Source: Octopus sinensis (taxonomy: Eukaryota). Taken from it: a DNA stretch of 64,000 nucleotides. A program made the position numbers and the translations under genes. This document shows positions 1 through 13,705 of this stretch, piece by piece (the stretch's first letter is position 1; each line of letters starts with the position of its first letter). The notes beneath the pieces were generated by a model, which saw nothing but the letters and a program-made list of their open reading frames with translations, was not told where the DNA came from and searched no databases. The stretch is from the NCBI RefSeq assembly GCF_006345805.1, contig NC_042997.1, positions 16,554,001 through 16,618,000 of the forward strand, in the 5' to 3' direction.

Positions 1-301
1 CCAGTACTTATTCTATCGGTCTCTTTTTGCCGAACCGCTATGTAACGGGGACATAAACACACCAGCATCGGTTGTCAAGCAATGCTAGGGGGACAAACAC
101 AGACACACAAACACACACACACATATATACATATACATATATACGACGGGCTTCTTTCAGTTTCCGTCTACCGAATCCACTCACAAGGCTTTGGTCGGCC
201 CGAGGCTATAGTAGAAGACACTTGCCCAAGATGCCACGCAGTGGGACTGAACCCGGAACCATCTGGTTGGTTAGCAAGCTACTTACCACACAGCCACTCC
301 T
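1..301 (-). mobile_element. tRNA-derived SINE, family A (cut by window start)
   Basis: Reverse complement begins aggagTGGCTGTGTGGtaag (A box) ... GGTTCAGTCCC (B box); matches the full copy at 49440-49850. Confidence 0.9.
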
Positions 302-1141
302 ATGTTAAAATACTATCAGGATCAACTTTACTTTACTTTGTTTTACATCCCTCTGGGGCCAATAAAATTAGGTTCTATTCAAGTACTTCTGAGAGTAATA
401 TAATTGACTTACACCTCTCCTTAATATGAAAAAAGTATTAGCCATGTGCCTTAATATGAAAAAAGTATTACAACTGTCTTATTATTGAATACTGGATCTT
501 TGGATATGTTGGTGCTACATTCCTTGTAATAACATCTGTTGGTTCTTCTGGCCTTTCTTTGACTACAGTTAAGTCTGAAAGAATAAAAATTCAAGTTTTA
601 GTGTTGTAAAGACATTGCTAGCATCTTCCACCATAGTCTCAGGTTGACCCAAGACTTTCGAGTGAATAAACAACTTAATAAATATATACAAATATATCTT
701 TGATGAAGAGGCCTACTTGAAATATCAGACCTCTCCTTTTCATAGCAAACTAAATTATTCCCTGTTGTGAAGTGTATGCATTTAGTATTAATGCAAACCA
801 TAATTTGTTTCATCAGAATTTAATGTCTTACTACAAAAATGTATATTTGTTTGTGTAGAAAAATTATTAGTCTATCTTACCAAATCCCTGGCAATTGCTA
901 TTTCATTTCACTCAGTCACTACTGTCTACCAAGTTCCAAGAAAGTGGAAAAAATTGGTTTCTATAATGACTGTATTATGAATGAAATTAGCTTAATGTGT
1001 ATAATGACAACTACACATGCTCTTCATACTAATTGCATTGTCTAAAATGCCCTTCAACCAATCTTTTTCTTAACTATGTGGTATACATACCACAGCCAAT
1101 ATGGAGTCCCTCATGAAGTGGATGGTATTCCATGTGATTAA

Positions 1142-1371
1142 GGCGGTGAGCTGGCAGAAATGTTAGCACGCCGGGTGAAATGCTTAGCGGTATTTCGTCT
1201 GCGTTACGTTGTGAGTTCAAATTCCGCCGAGGTCGACTTTGCCTTTCATCCTTTCAGGGTCGATAAATTAAGTACCAGTTACGCACTGGTGTCGATGTAA
1301 TCAACTTAATACCTATGTCTGTCCTTGTTTGTCCCCTCTGTGTTTAGCCCCTTGTGGGTAATAAAGAAATA
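1142..1371 (+). mobile_element. Nin/Deu-domain-type SINE, full length with TSD
   Basis: Core gtcgactttgcctttcatcctttcagggtcgataaattaagtaccag resembles the Nin/Deu SINE domain; 18-bp direct repeat ggtattccatgtgattaa at 1124-1141 and 1372-1389; close copy at 32336-32562. Confidence 0.85.
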
Positions 1372-2230
1372 GGTATTCCATGTGATTAACTTCAGATTTT
1401 TATAATCACCCACTTCTCTTATATATATGCAGACTGTGTGTGTGTGCATGTGTAAGTATATATTTTCTTTTCTTGATTGGAGCTTTACAGTTTATTTTTG
1501 CAGTGGTAAAACTTGCTCAGTAATAAGTTTGTAAAGAAAAATAGAAAGAAGAAAATAAAAATGAAAACAAAACAACTTTGTATAAACACATATTAAAAAA
1601 AAAACATTAAAAGAAGGCCTTGCAGATTTTTCATGTACCAGATATGATCCTCTAGTATATGAATTATGTGTGGTTTGGCATTCTTTCCTCAAGAATCCAA
1701 ATTCAACTATACTTTGTTCTAGGCAGGTTGGTATATACCCTGTCATTCTAATAATAATGAGCACAAAGGTGAAAATGTATTGTAGGCACAGGATTCAAGG
1801 CTCCACATCAGTTATCCCTAGATATCTTCTTTCTCTTGTATTTTTCTTACCATATTAACATCAGCTTGGTAGCTGATTTCTAAAACAGAGCATATTCAAT
1901 TTTGTAGCTCCAAACAGTAATATTTGGTTTGTTGTATTTTAATCTGGTGGCTGCTCTTATTCTTAGGTTCCATTAATATTCTTTTGATACATTACTCTCA
2001 ATGTGATAGTCTTTATAAGTTATTTTTCCCTTTCTTTTGCTCTGGTCACCATATGCCCTATGAAGAGGTAGTATTTCAGAGACATTCTCTTACAGTTGAC
2101 AGTGATATGGCAAATGTCTTCAGTTTTGGTTTTGCATAGTTTACATTTGCTATTAAGATTTCTGTTTTTATCTTTTGTGTAGAAGACACTGGGTGAGGAA
2201 TTCTGTCTTTTAGATTTAACGTGGATTTAA

Positions 2231-2450
2231 CCCTTTAGTGTTCAGATTATTCTGTCAAATGTAATGTTTGTTTATTTAAAATGGTTTGAATTAATCCTGC
2301 ATTATCTTGTAGTTTAGAGAATTCAGTGATGTGATTTTTTAGTTTTAGAATGACATGGTAGGGCTGAGGTGAGAGGCGAGATCTGGTCAGTTTCAATATA
2401 AAACAGGTTAAATATTTTGGCCAGATATGGCCGGTTTGAATGCTAAAGGG
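2231..2450. mobile_element. piggyBac-type (TTAA) MITE
   Basis: TTAA|ccctttagtgttc ... gaatgctaaaggg|TTAA terminal inverted repeats; second copy in opposite orientation from 63887. Confidence 0.85.
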
Positions 2451-3663
2451 TTAAATTGAGATGCTATAAACTTATTGGTACATCATGTGTTTTTCATTTC
2501 AAGTACCCATGAACAACTTTCTCAGTGAGCTGGTTTATTTGTTTGGTTTTTGTTGTTGTGTTCAGTAGGATTTACCAAGATTCCTCGGAGAGAAATCAGT
2601 CTTAGATTTTATTTCATTTCTTCTTAAGTTCAATTTTGTTATTGGTCAACTTGAAGCTATAGCAGAAGACACATGCTCAGAGTGTTTGTTGAACATTGGG
2701 ATGAAACTCAGATCCCAAAAGTTATTAACTTGTTCATCACATGCTTCTGTAACTACTTCACATGGTTTCTGTAACAACTTTTGAAAAATCCTATTAACTC
2801 CTTAGAACAAATATAGTTCTTGTTTAGCTGAAGGTCAACTTGGATCCAGTAGACAATAATAAAATGTGCTCCAATTGTAATCATCCTGTCTTTTTAGAAG
2901 TGCATTGGATGACATGTGCCATTTCCTTAAGAAATTGTGTGAGATTTGACAATATTTGGCTGGTATTTCTAGCAAGAGGAGCAACTGCATTGAAGCTCCC
3001 TTATTGGCTCGAAATGAATATAGTTTATAATACTGGTACAAATTTTGTTTTGACTTGTTTTTGACCTGATTTTAATAAAGCTGAAAGGATGAAAGTTTAG
3101 TCTCCCTACAAAAAGAATCTAGATTCAAAGAAAATGAGAAAATGATTATACAAGTGTTTTAGTAAATATTGCAGAAAGACAGAAGGTGAGGATGGGTTAG
3201 TTATCAAACGAATTACATTTGGACACAAAACACTAATTTTGATGGTTGAAATGTCACTATTTAACATATGATTAGTTGAGTAAACAGTTTTACTTTTAAC
3301 CTTTTGAGATATTTCTTGAAAAAAAAATTTTTTTTACTCGTATTCGTTAGAATATAGTAAAGTAACCCCTCACATCCAACCTGTTCAATTAAGGCCTATT
3401 GAAGATGGTATCTTTATATGTGATTCAGAAGAAATATCCTGCATAGCCCTATGTCAGTTCCATCAAAGCTGACATGAGATATACAAGTTGTAGATTGAAT
3501 GACTTGTTATGATTAACAGATTTCCAAATATACCTCTACTTAATTAAGGATCATATTGTATACCCTCACCTGCAGTGATGTGTATTCCCTCTACTCAGTC
3601 ACTTGATATTCTGTGACAAACACAGACACTCACTCTCACAGAGAGAGAGAGAGAGAGAGAGAG

Positions 3664-3818
3664 AGGCTTCTTTCAGTTTCTCTTTACTAAATCCACTCAC
3701 AAACTTTGGTCAGCCCGAGGCTATAGTAGAAGATACTTGCCCAAAATGCCATACAGTGGGACTGAACCCATAACCATGTGGTTGGGAAGCAAGCTACTTA
3801 CTACACAGCTACTCCTAC
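3664..3818 (-). mobile_element. SINE family A, head fragment
   Basis: ggcttctttcagtttc...cagtgggactgaaccc matches the family A reverse complement. Confidence 0.85.
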
Positions 3819-4053
3819 ATCTGGTTATATAACTTTACCAGGATAAAAACTGCTAGTTCTTCACACACCTATACGAACATGTTAGTATGCATGTATGAGT
3901 TATGACAGTGAAGGATATGTGAAAGCATGAGACAAGCGTACTTTGCTAGATTCATAATGCTGGAACCCATAAACAATGGAGGACAAGTGTGCATAAAGGT
4001 ATCAGCTGTTGTGTACAGAAGAAAGGATTGCACTGGTATGAATATGTGATGTA

Positions 4054-4441
4054 TAGCTTGCTTACCAACCACATGGTTCCAGGTTCAGTCCCACTGCATG
4101 GCACCTTGGGCAAGTGTCTTCTACTATAGCCTCGGGCCAACCAAAGCCTTGTGAGTGGATTTGGTAGACGGAAACTGAAAGAAGCCCATCGTATATATGT
4201 ATATGTATGTATATAGGTAAGTGTGCGTATATGTTTGTGTGTCTGTGTTTGTTCCCCCCAACATTGCTTGACAACCGATGCTGGTGTGTTTACATCCCCA
4301 TAACTTAGCGGTTCGGCAAAAGAGACCAATAGAATAAGTACTAGGCTTACAAAGAATAAGTCCTGGGGTCGATCTGCTTGACTAAAGGCGGTGCTCCAGC
4401 ATGGCCACAGTCAAATGACTGAAACAAGTAAAAAGAGTAAA
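4054..4441 (+). mobile_element. SINE family A, slightly 5'-truncated
   Basis: B box ggttcagtccc, internal TA/TG microsatellite and gactgaaacaagtaaaaagag tail, as in 49440-49850. Confidence 0.9.
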
Positions 4442-5295
4442 AAAAAAAGAAGAGTAATGGAAGCAACTAGAGTGACAAGATGTGGAAAGATTAGTGGGTT
4501 GGAATGCTTAAGTAGAAGAAGCACAAGACCAGCTAGCTTCAAGGAAAAGAGGCCCTTATGAGAGCAATAGAAAAAGTCAGTGTGAGGAGATGATATGCTT
4601 CAGTCGCTGACATGCTCCAGCCTCTAACATGTCTGAGCCTGCTGGCAAGCTAAAACATGTCAAGAGGTGGGAACATGTTTAATAATGATTGAATGCCACT
4701 GGTCCTTCAAGGTTTTAAGTGCAGTTCACTTTGTTCTAAGTTGTCTTCTGGTCTGATGATAACTCCCTCCTACCTGTTTCCAAGACCCTATAAGAGCCCT
4801 GTCCTTCCTCCTCTAATTTCTTTAAAACAGATAGAGAGAATGAGAGAGAGAGAAAGAGAAAAATCCCACATAAAATAAAATGATAAAAACAGCTGTTGAT
4901 TGAAGCACATGTTTCACCAATTGTGTTATTTGACTAGTTTGTGTATTTAAAACTTTTACATCAGTAATAACAATGGCATCTATACAATAGCAACAATACT
5001 AACAATTGAGTAGTGAGTCACTTCAAAAGTCCTGTGTATATACATTTTCAGCTCTTTACAGTATTGATCTAGTTGGTGGGACAGTTATGAGTGACTCTAA
5101 TCTGTTGCTTACTTTTAAGTTATAGCATAAAACTGAACTTAGTGACATCCTGCCTCTTATAACTATCATTGTCATTGTTATTATCACCACTGCTGCCAAC
5201 ATGACTGTATTTTTTCATTCTCCACAAAGATTTCAATAAATATGTATGCAGTTTTTTGATTAATGAAATAGTACAATAAATATATGTGGGGATGA

Positions 5296-5920
5296 GTTGG
5301 AAGAAGAGGGCCATGACATCAACGGTCAAAGGACTGACCTGAAGAGGAATCCTGAAAAGGGAAGTGTGGTGAAGACAGGACGGGGTTGGCCTCTTTTCGT
5401 CCTTCACTGGCCGTTGCAGGCTTTTGCAGCTGCCAACACCACTGCCTTCCGCCCGGTGTTTTGTGTCAACACGTGGGCTTGAACGATGAGCTCGCTCAGC
5501 ACCATTTTGTTGCCACCTGGTAACTGTTGTAGTTGCACTGACATGTCATCGGGAAAGCCATTCACAAAGGCCAGTTGTGCTACTTTCTCAAGTCACCTCA
5601 CCGGTGAGACCAGATAACACAACCAGCCTCCATACCTCCGCAGCGTATTTGTTGGCCTGTTCCACTCTCCATCTGATCTTTCCCAGCTTAGCAAAAGCGG
5701 CATACTCTCCATCTGTGTAAGCCTCTTTCAAGTGCTGTCCAATCTTCGCTGCATTCAGTTGTTCTTTATGCATTTCGAGGTACAGTGCCAGTGCACACCC
5801 CTCCAAATACAGCACCATGAGGCTCACTACATTTTCAATGCCTTGTAGCCTGGCACAACTTTGACCTTTCAAATCCAGGCTACAGTATCACCTTCACCAT
5901 AGACCCTTCACCATAAGACC
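5296..5920 (-). pseudogene. Degenerate LTR-retrotransposon (Ty3/gypsy-type) gag fragment
   Basis: Minus-strand translation across stops and frameshifts: YGEGDTVAW..ARLQGIENVVSLMVLYLEGCALALYLEM...KVAQLAFVNGFPDDMSVQLQQL; higher GC than flanks. Confidence 0.7.
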
Positions 5921-6509
5921 TTTCAGGCAGTGCCCTAGCTTGACGTCAGCCAAATGATTGAAACAGGTAAAAGATAAAAGATTGTATTCTGACATCAATA
6001 CCTGTGACAACACTGGTGCCAAATTATATCAGCCCAAGGTAGTAACCTTTTCATTAGGATAAACCTTAGTGAGTTGTATACATGGAGCAACTGCTAGTCT
6101 TCCTCAGAAAATCTGGCTCAGACCTGTACATACATGTCTAGTGTCGTGATCAACCTTAAGTGGTAGAGGCCCCCATAACGTTGCTAATGAATGTCGTATT
6201 TACATTGTTTATCAATGTAACAATTTCTTGTATTTTCTCCACTTACATAGACAAAACGTTTCAAACTTATCACATGTTTTACAAGAAACAATTATTAATT
6301 TCAGAGTAAGATGGGTGTTCTTGACACTTGGCTCATGGTTCAAGGAGATGTTGATTCATTTCTATGATATCCCTTTCTAGAATCTATTCTAAAAGCTGAA
6401 AGAAAGGAAGATTTCCTCTGTAGAGAATGTTATCAAAAATAAGAACACCACTTGAAATGACTTTTTATTGCAATAGTTTATTAATTTGTTTATTTATTTG
6501 ATTTTAAGT

Positions 6510-6710
6510 ATATATACATATGTATGTACATATGTACATATGTACACATGTATGTATGTATGTATGCATATATGTATGTATGTATATACATATGTATGTG
6601 TTATGTATGTATGGTTGTATGGTTGTATGTATGCATGTACACATATATCATCATCATCGTTTTATATATATACATATATATATATATACACACACACACA
6701 TATATATATG
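6510..6710. repeat. (TATG)n/(TA)n/(CA)n compound microsatellite
   Basis: Directly visible; explains ORFs at 6486-6722. Confidence 0.95.
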
Positions 6711-7364
6711 AGAAATAAATGAAACATTTTGACTTTCATGGTAACTAGCTAGCCTAGCCATTACTTTAAACAAGTTGTAATATATTTCTCAGACACCCTT
6801 GTTTGCAATTATTCCTTAAGCAAGATTATTTGCTCTACATTACCAAACTGGGAAATTAATATTAGTCTTACTTTCAAGTTAACTATTGCATACTTACTTC
6901 CTCAACACCCTTCTCTCCTCTCCTCCTCTCATATCTATCTATCTGTCCGTCCGTCTGTCCGTCCATCCGTCCATCCATCCATCCATCCATCCACCCACCC
7001 ACCCACCCACCCACTCATTTACTAGTTTTAGTCATTGGACTGAAGCCATGCTGGGGCATCACTTTCAAAGGTTTTAGTTGATCATATTAACCACAATACT
7101 TATTTCAATTGTTACTTTATTGATAACTATTTGTTGAACTACTAAGTTACCTGAAATAATGGGACACAACATAAAGAATACTGTTTTTTTAAAACTAGTG
7201 TAATATAAACACACATGTACACTTGCACATCCACACATTGCAACCTTCCACATAGTGTCTATCTGCCAAATTCCCCTCACAAGGTATTGGTCAACAAAAA
7301 GCAATAGAAAATATCAAAATAATGCTTAGTGATAAAAGTAGAGATATAAATATTGATAATGAAA

Positions 7365-7643
7365 TCATCATCATCGTTTAGCGTCCGCTTTCCATGCTTG
7401 CATGGGTTGGACGGTTCAACTGGGGTCTGGGAAGCCAGAAGGCTGCACCAGGCCCAGTCTGATCTGGCAATGTTTCTACTGCTGGATGCCCTTCCTAATG
7501 CCAACCACTCCATGAGTGTAGTGGGTGCTTTTTACGTGCCAGGCGAGGCTGGCAAACGGCCACAATCGGATGGTGCTTTTTACGTGCCACCGGTGCGGAG
7601 GCCAGTCGGGGCGGCGCTGGCAACGGCCACGTTCGGATGGTTC
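7365..7643 (-). mobile_element. Family B repeat: (GAT)n-tailed 3' end of an RTE-clade LINE
   Basis: catcatcatcgtttagcgtccgctttccatgc...ctggatgcccttcctaatgccaaccactcc, with repeated ggtgctttttacgtgcc; same sequence abuts an RTE ORF at 11248-12080. Confidence 0.85.
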
Positions 7644-8228
7644 TAAAATTAAAATAGCTAAATTATTTTTCTATGTATATCTTTCCATGATCTTCAAGGA
7701 ACAGACATGGGTTCAGTGATTAGCTTTGGGTTTTAGCAATTAATCTGTAGAATAAAGCAGATGAGACAAATATTCCCTTGGATAGAATATTGTCTATATT
7801 GTGTGTTCCTCTTTTTAGAAAAGGGTACATCATGTCCCTGCATGTCATAACAGGCAACTAAAAGGATTATTGTCAGGACTTAAAACACTGCCTTAAAAAA
7901 TCTCATCTCATCTATGCTGCTTTAGAAAAATAGATATTTAGTGATGATAATGGTGGTGGCAGTGGTGGTGAAGGCTATGGTGCTGCTAATGATAAAATGC
8001 TAGTCTGGTGCAAGTAATTTTTTTCAAACTTTGTCTATTTCACAAAAATAAGTTCAAGTGAAACAGAATTAAGCTTTCCATTTGTGTAATCATTGAAATG
8101 AACTTCCATGAACACATTGCTGGGGGTGTGTGGGTTCACAACCTTGCTTTCTTAATATTTTATTCTCACACATATTTTGCTTCTTAAGGGAACTGCTACG
8201 TGGTTGACTTGCTATAAATTTTCCTCAG

Positions 8229-8450
8229 GTTACATGAAAGCTGGGAGAAGAAAAAAGAAAACCAGAAAAGGATCAATAATTGATTATAATCTGCTTGATC
8301 AGGATTCATTTGGGACTAAACAGCAACAGTTACGTTCATCATTAGTAACTGAGGTTTTGTTCAGCTGTGGCCTGCTTTATCTTAGTCAACCCATACCATG
8401 TTGGTTATCAGCTGAACAACTTAGTGAAATCAATGGGTCCCACTCTCCAG
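8229..8450 (+). CDS. Possible coding exon (222 nt, phase 1-1), product unknown
   Basis: ttttcctcag acceptor at 8227-8228, ccag|gtacat donor at 8451, open frame GYMKAGRRKKKTRKGSIIDYNLLDQDSFGTKQQQLRSS...; unique sequence but no recognisable homology. Confidence 0.25.
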
Positions 8451-9822
8451 GTACATTGTACCTCTGTATGATTCAGACAGGTACACTGTACTGCTGTCTG
8501 AATCATACTTGTACTCTAACATACAATAGTTTCTTTCTGGGAAATGCAGAGTGGCAGTTAGGACATATTTTATTTCTTCCATTATTCAAATCATTATTCT
8601 ATGTTCTATAGATTCCAACTGTAGTTACAGCAGGTGTAGTTAAGGTGAATTCAGTCAGAGTACAATAGTTACTTTTAGTTTTCGTTTATCAATTGTAATA
8701 ATGTGTGTCACAATGTAGTTATTTTGGACTAACGAGGTTATTGATGTTGTTGCTATTTTTGTGGACATGAACTTATTGTGTTTGTGGATGGACTGAGTGG
8801 AAGGGATAGTAATTTTGTTCAAGGGTATTATTCTCTTTCTCTTTGCATTAGTCATTAGTTCTTGTTGTCCCAGCATGTGTAAAACAAAATCAACCCTTGA
8901 TTAATAGTTGTAAAACTAATCCAGCACCTAGTGTATATGATCGGTTGAAAATTACTACCTTGTACATATATCACTTAGGAATATATGTGTGTGTGTACAC
9001 ACACACACACACACAGAGTGGGGGAGGGAGGTTAAAAATCCTAAATGTAGCTTACGTTTTTTGTAATTAATGGCCAAATAAAGTTAAATGTCCTCTCCAA
9101 GTAGACAAGGCAACACCTGTTGTAGGTTTCACAGACAGTCTGATAGTTTATTTACTTGGTCACTTTGATTCTCAGTTCAATGTTTAAACACATATTTTCT
9201 TTATTCTTATTTTCAGCTATTTCCCCATGTTTGTGTAGGTGACATTGCTTATTTGTTGAAACAATTATTTTTACAGCTGGATGCCCTTCATAGTGCTAAA
9301 TACTCAATTGTGAAGTAGGAATGGTGTCTGGTTTTTACTTTTTTCTATTCATTATTTGTTTTGAAGACAGCAGTTGCGTTTGTTGAGGCAGAATTTTCTG
9401 CTGAATTGGATTTTTCTTACTTATACAATCGTACGTCGGTTCGTTGATTGGTTTGTTGTTATTCTTGTTAAATTCCAGGCCAGTACTGATTCAGCAGATT
9501 TGTCATCAAAAGCATTCCAGTCCTAACTATCTCATCTTTTTCTCTATCATCGTCGTTGTCGTCGTCATTGTCATCATCATCATCATCACCACCACTTAGT
9601 GTCTGGTTCCCATGCTGGCATGGATTAGATTTGACTGGAACCGGTAAACTGGAGAGCTGTACCAGGTTCCAGTTTGATTTTGGCATGGTTCCTACATCTG
9701 GATGCCTTTCCTAATACCAACCACTCCAAGAGTGTAGTGGGGGCCTTTTACATGTCACCATCTCGAGTGCCTTTTCTGTATCAATATCACAGGTGCCTTT
9801 TGTGTCACCAGCACTTGTATTT

Positions 9823-10272
9823 TGGCACAGCCATGTGGTTAATGAGTTTGCTTCACAACTACATAGTTTCATGTCTATTACCCCTGTGTGGCACTGCGGG
9901 CAGATATATCCTGCTACAGCCTATGACTGACCAATGCCTTGTGAGAGGAATTTGTACTTTGAAACTATGAAGCCTGTTGTGTTTGTGTGTGTGTGTCCAT
10001 GTGCACATGTGTTTTTGTTTTCTTTTGTCTTGACATTGTTAGCATGCTGTGAAAACATGTAGCTGTTTGCATGTTTGCGTAAGTAATATCACCCTGTAAA
10101 TGGCACCTCAAATTACATTTGCAGCTGCCAAATCATGTCCATCTTTTGTAAAGCCCAAGAGAAATATTACCTTACTTGGAAACAAATGACCAAAAGGACA
10201 TCTAGCTGTATAAAAATTGTCTCAACTAAGGTGTGTTTAACCCATGCCAGTGTGGCAAAGTGGGTATTAAGT
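9823..10272 (+). mobile_element. Old chimeric SINE: family A head plus a different body and family B-like tail
   Basis: Family A head followed by gaaatattaccttacttggaaac...cccatgccagtgtggcaaagtggg; related copies at 51912-52340 and 27277-27665 (-). Confidence 0.6.
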
Positions 10273-10634
10273 AATGGTTCTGAGATGAAGATCTCTAAGA
10301 AAGTATTGTCCAATGAATGAGTCTTTCCTACTGGTAGTAGAATTTGGTCAATATTTCTAGCAGGTCGAGTGACTTGATCTGGTTGCTTTGGGATTTAAGA
10401 TTTAGAACAGGTACTACTAGTATCGAAAAAGCACATGAATGTATAAAATAAGTAGTTGTTATAGTGTAAATTTTTGCCAATGCTATTCAATGGAATTTCA
10501 ATTTTAGTTTTTTTTTTTTGTGTTATTTTACAATCACTAAATAATATGTTAACAATCCATGGTATGAAATACTTTTTCTTATCACATACTTGAATATGAA
10601 TGTGTGTGCCTGAGTGCACGTGCACACACAAACA

Positions 10635-10669
<35 letters not shown>

Positions 10670-11247
10670 TTTGTACATTTGATGATATTTAGAACATTAA
10701 TGTGAAACTTTGTTCTTGTAGATTATCATCTTAAGCATGTGTTGACTTCATATTTTTCTATCGCACAACTGTTGCTTTATTTATTTACTAATTTATATAT
10801 TCTGTTGCTTATTGACATCTGTGACGATTACGATCTCTCTCTCTCTCTCTCTCTCTCACATACACACACACACACACACACAGAACTTTTGATGACTTCT
10901 TTTGCAACTTGCCATTTGGGATTAAGTGTCTACACCTGTTCTAATAGCTTAATTTAAAAACAATACAAAAAACTCTCCAGTATGTTAATGTTAAGATCAA
11001 CTAGTTGAATCACTTAACTGCCACCACCAATGCCACTACTGCTACTACTACTACTATCATCATCATCACTACTACAACTACTACCTACTTTTATTTTTGT
11101 CTTAATTGCTATGATAAGTAGAGTCTACTTCATAAAACAAAATAAAAATGAATGATAAAATATATTCCTAAGTACAGTAATAATAGTTTTCTGTGTCTCA
11201 AACACGGCATGAATTCTATGAAATTAAGTATATGGAATTATATATAC

Positions 11248-12080
11248 CATTTAACGTCCATTTTCCATGCTGGCATGGGTTGGACAGTTTGACTGGGGAC
11301 TGGCAAGCCAGGAGGCCACACCAGGCTCCAATCTGATCTGGCAGTTTCTACAGCTTGATGCCCTTCCTAATGCCAACCACTCCGACAGTGTAGTGGGTGA
11401 TTTTTATGTGCCACCAGCACGGGAGCTGGTCAGGCGGCACTGGCATCGGTCACGTTCAGATGGTGCTTTTTACATGTCACTGGCATGGGGAGCCAGTCAG
11501 GCAGCTCTGGCAGTGACCCACGCATGACTGAATTGTGATTTGATTTGATTTTGATTTACTTGACTCAATAGGTCTCCTCAAGCACAGAATGTCACCCGAC
11601 AATTCAAAGGTACTTTTAAATGGTTATGGGACACTGGTGTAGACTACGGCTGTGTTCTCACTTTCCTTGCTGGGTCTTCTCAAGCACAGCATATCTCCAG
11701 AGGTCTCGGTCTTTCATCATTGCCTCTGTGAGGCCCAACATTTGAAGGTCATGCTTCACCATCTCATCCCATATCTTTCTGGGTCTCCCCCATCTACGGG
11801 TTCCTTCCACTGTTAGGGAGTGACACTTTTTCACACAGCTCTCCTCATCCATACGTAGCACATGACCATACCAACGCAATCGTCTCTCTTGCACACCACA
11901 TCTGATGCTTCTTATGTCCAACATTTCTCTCAAGGTGCTGACACTCTGCCGTGTGTGCACACTGACATTACACATCCAGTGGATCATACTAGCTTCATTT
12001 CTTTCGAGCCTATGCATGTCTTCAGCAGTCACAGCCCATGTTTCACTGCCATGTAGCATGGCTGTTCGTACACATGCCCT
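11248..12080 (-). mobile_element. 5'-truncated RTE LINE: ORF2 C-terminus (11658-12080) plus 3'UTR (family B)
   Basis: ACVRTAMLHGSETW...RRLRWYGHVLRMDE...GRPRKIW...DRDLWR is a typical RTE ORF2 C-terminus; followed by family B sequence. Confidence 0.9.
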
Positions 12081-12243
12081 AAGCTTTTTATTCTGTTTAT
12101 TGTCTCTTGAGTAAGTGGAGCAGGAACACACATGGAAACGAAAGTGCTGTAGAAGAGGTCAAATATGTGTGACAAAAGATTTCCGGACAATGGACATAAA
12201 ACAAATTAGACCAGTAATAAATGAGTGAAGAAACAAACAATAT

Positions 12244-12308
<65 letters not shown>

Positions 12309-13030
12309 GTGCATGTGTTCATTTGGCCCACATGACAAAAAAATAAATAAAATAATCATCCTGAAATACAACAATATATATCTATATCTATTTTCAGGAT
12401 TAAATAAAAAGACAATAAATGGAAAATGTGACATATCTATATATATGATTTTAAAAAATGTGTAGTAAATAAACAAAAGAACATATACTAAATACACAAG
12501 TGGACAGAAAATACAGAAGGTCATCAATTCTTTCAGTTATTGGCCAAAGGGTCAAACACAATTTCAGCCATTATCGATAATATTGCTTAGACTCTGGAGG
12601 CACTGACAAGAAACTTATTGGGAATGGGACTAAAACATAACAAAATGAGACAGGCTTGAGACAAGACTGTTAGTAGATGGACAAGGGACAAAGCAATAAA
12701 CAGAATAAAGGCTTAGGGCCACACGATGACAATGATAATACATATACAACAAAAAGTCCTGGGGCTGCAAGACAAGACAAGACAATGGTGGGTAACGTGA
12801 AAGAGAAATTAAAGCTGTCCTAAAGGACTATAGACACACGGGAGGGGTAGAGTGAGGATGTCTGATATATACATATTTATATATTATGGTTTGTTTTTAT
12901 GTATAATTATTTTTTAGGGAAAAGTTGAAAGTGACTTTGAAGTTTTGGCTCATTTATCTTTGAGATAGTCTGACAATGACAAATGAGCCAAAAGTTCAAA
13001 ATCACTGTCAACCGTTTTATTGTTTTAAAC

Positions 13031-13290
13031 CAATGGTTCCCAAAGTGGGTGGTATTGCCCCACTAGGGGTAACGATTCATTTAAAAAGTGGGGCAATAAT
13101 GGGGTAACGATACATGTAAAAACAACAAAATAATGGGTTTGTTAGGTTAAGTTTTATTTGTTAAATAATGTTCCTTTGAATTTGCTTCAGAAAGAGGTCT
13201 ATGTTTGTGATGGTTAGTTGGGATCGGAGTGCTAGGAATGTGGCCTGGATGTCAAGGGGACAGCAGCCCCAAAAAGTTTGGGAAACACTG
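13031..13290. mobile_element. hAT (Charlie-like) MITE, 'empty' copy
   Basis: TIRs caatggttcccaaa / tttgggaaacactg; perfect 8-bp TSD ttttaaac at 13023-13030 and 13291-13298. Confidence 0.9.
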
Positions 13291-13657
13291 TTTTAAACAC
13301 ACACACACACATTATGTGTGCGTTTTGTTTCAAAAAATATTTTTGCTGTTGAGTGAATATTTTTAGTATTATTCTTTGAGTTCTTAACAGTATGTCATAC
13401 AAAAAAACCCAGTTTCTGACTCATTTTATACATGTACATCATGTCTGTTTGCCATGTTGAAGGATGTTGACACACACACACATGCACTCTGTAAAGTAGT
13501 TAGCATTAGGAAGGGCATCCAAGCATACAAACCATGTCAAAGTAGACATTAGAACTTGGCCCAGTCTTCTGACGTGTCAGCTCCTATCAAACCAGTCAGC
13601 CCATACCAGCATAGAAAACAAATGATAATGATTATACATACATATGTACATATATAC

Positions 13658-13705
<48 letters not shown>

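Noticed and set aside
72-429. Recurrent ORFs (RLPNPLTRLW..., MFLQLDALPNANHS...) across the window
   Set aside because: Translations of SINE A and RTE 3'UTR copies, not a gene family.
419-470. 22-bp direct repeat ccttaatatgaaaaaagtatta with 8-nt spacer
   Set aside because: Most likely a simple slippage duplication; no other support.
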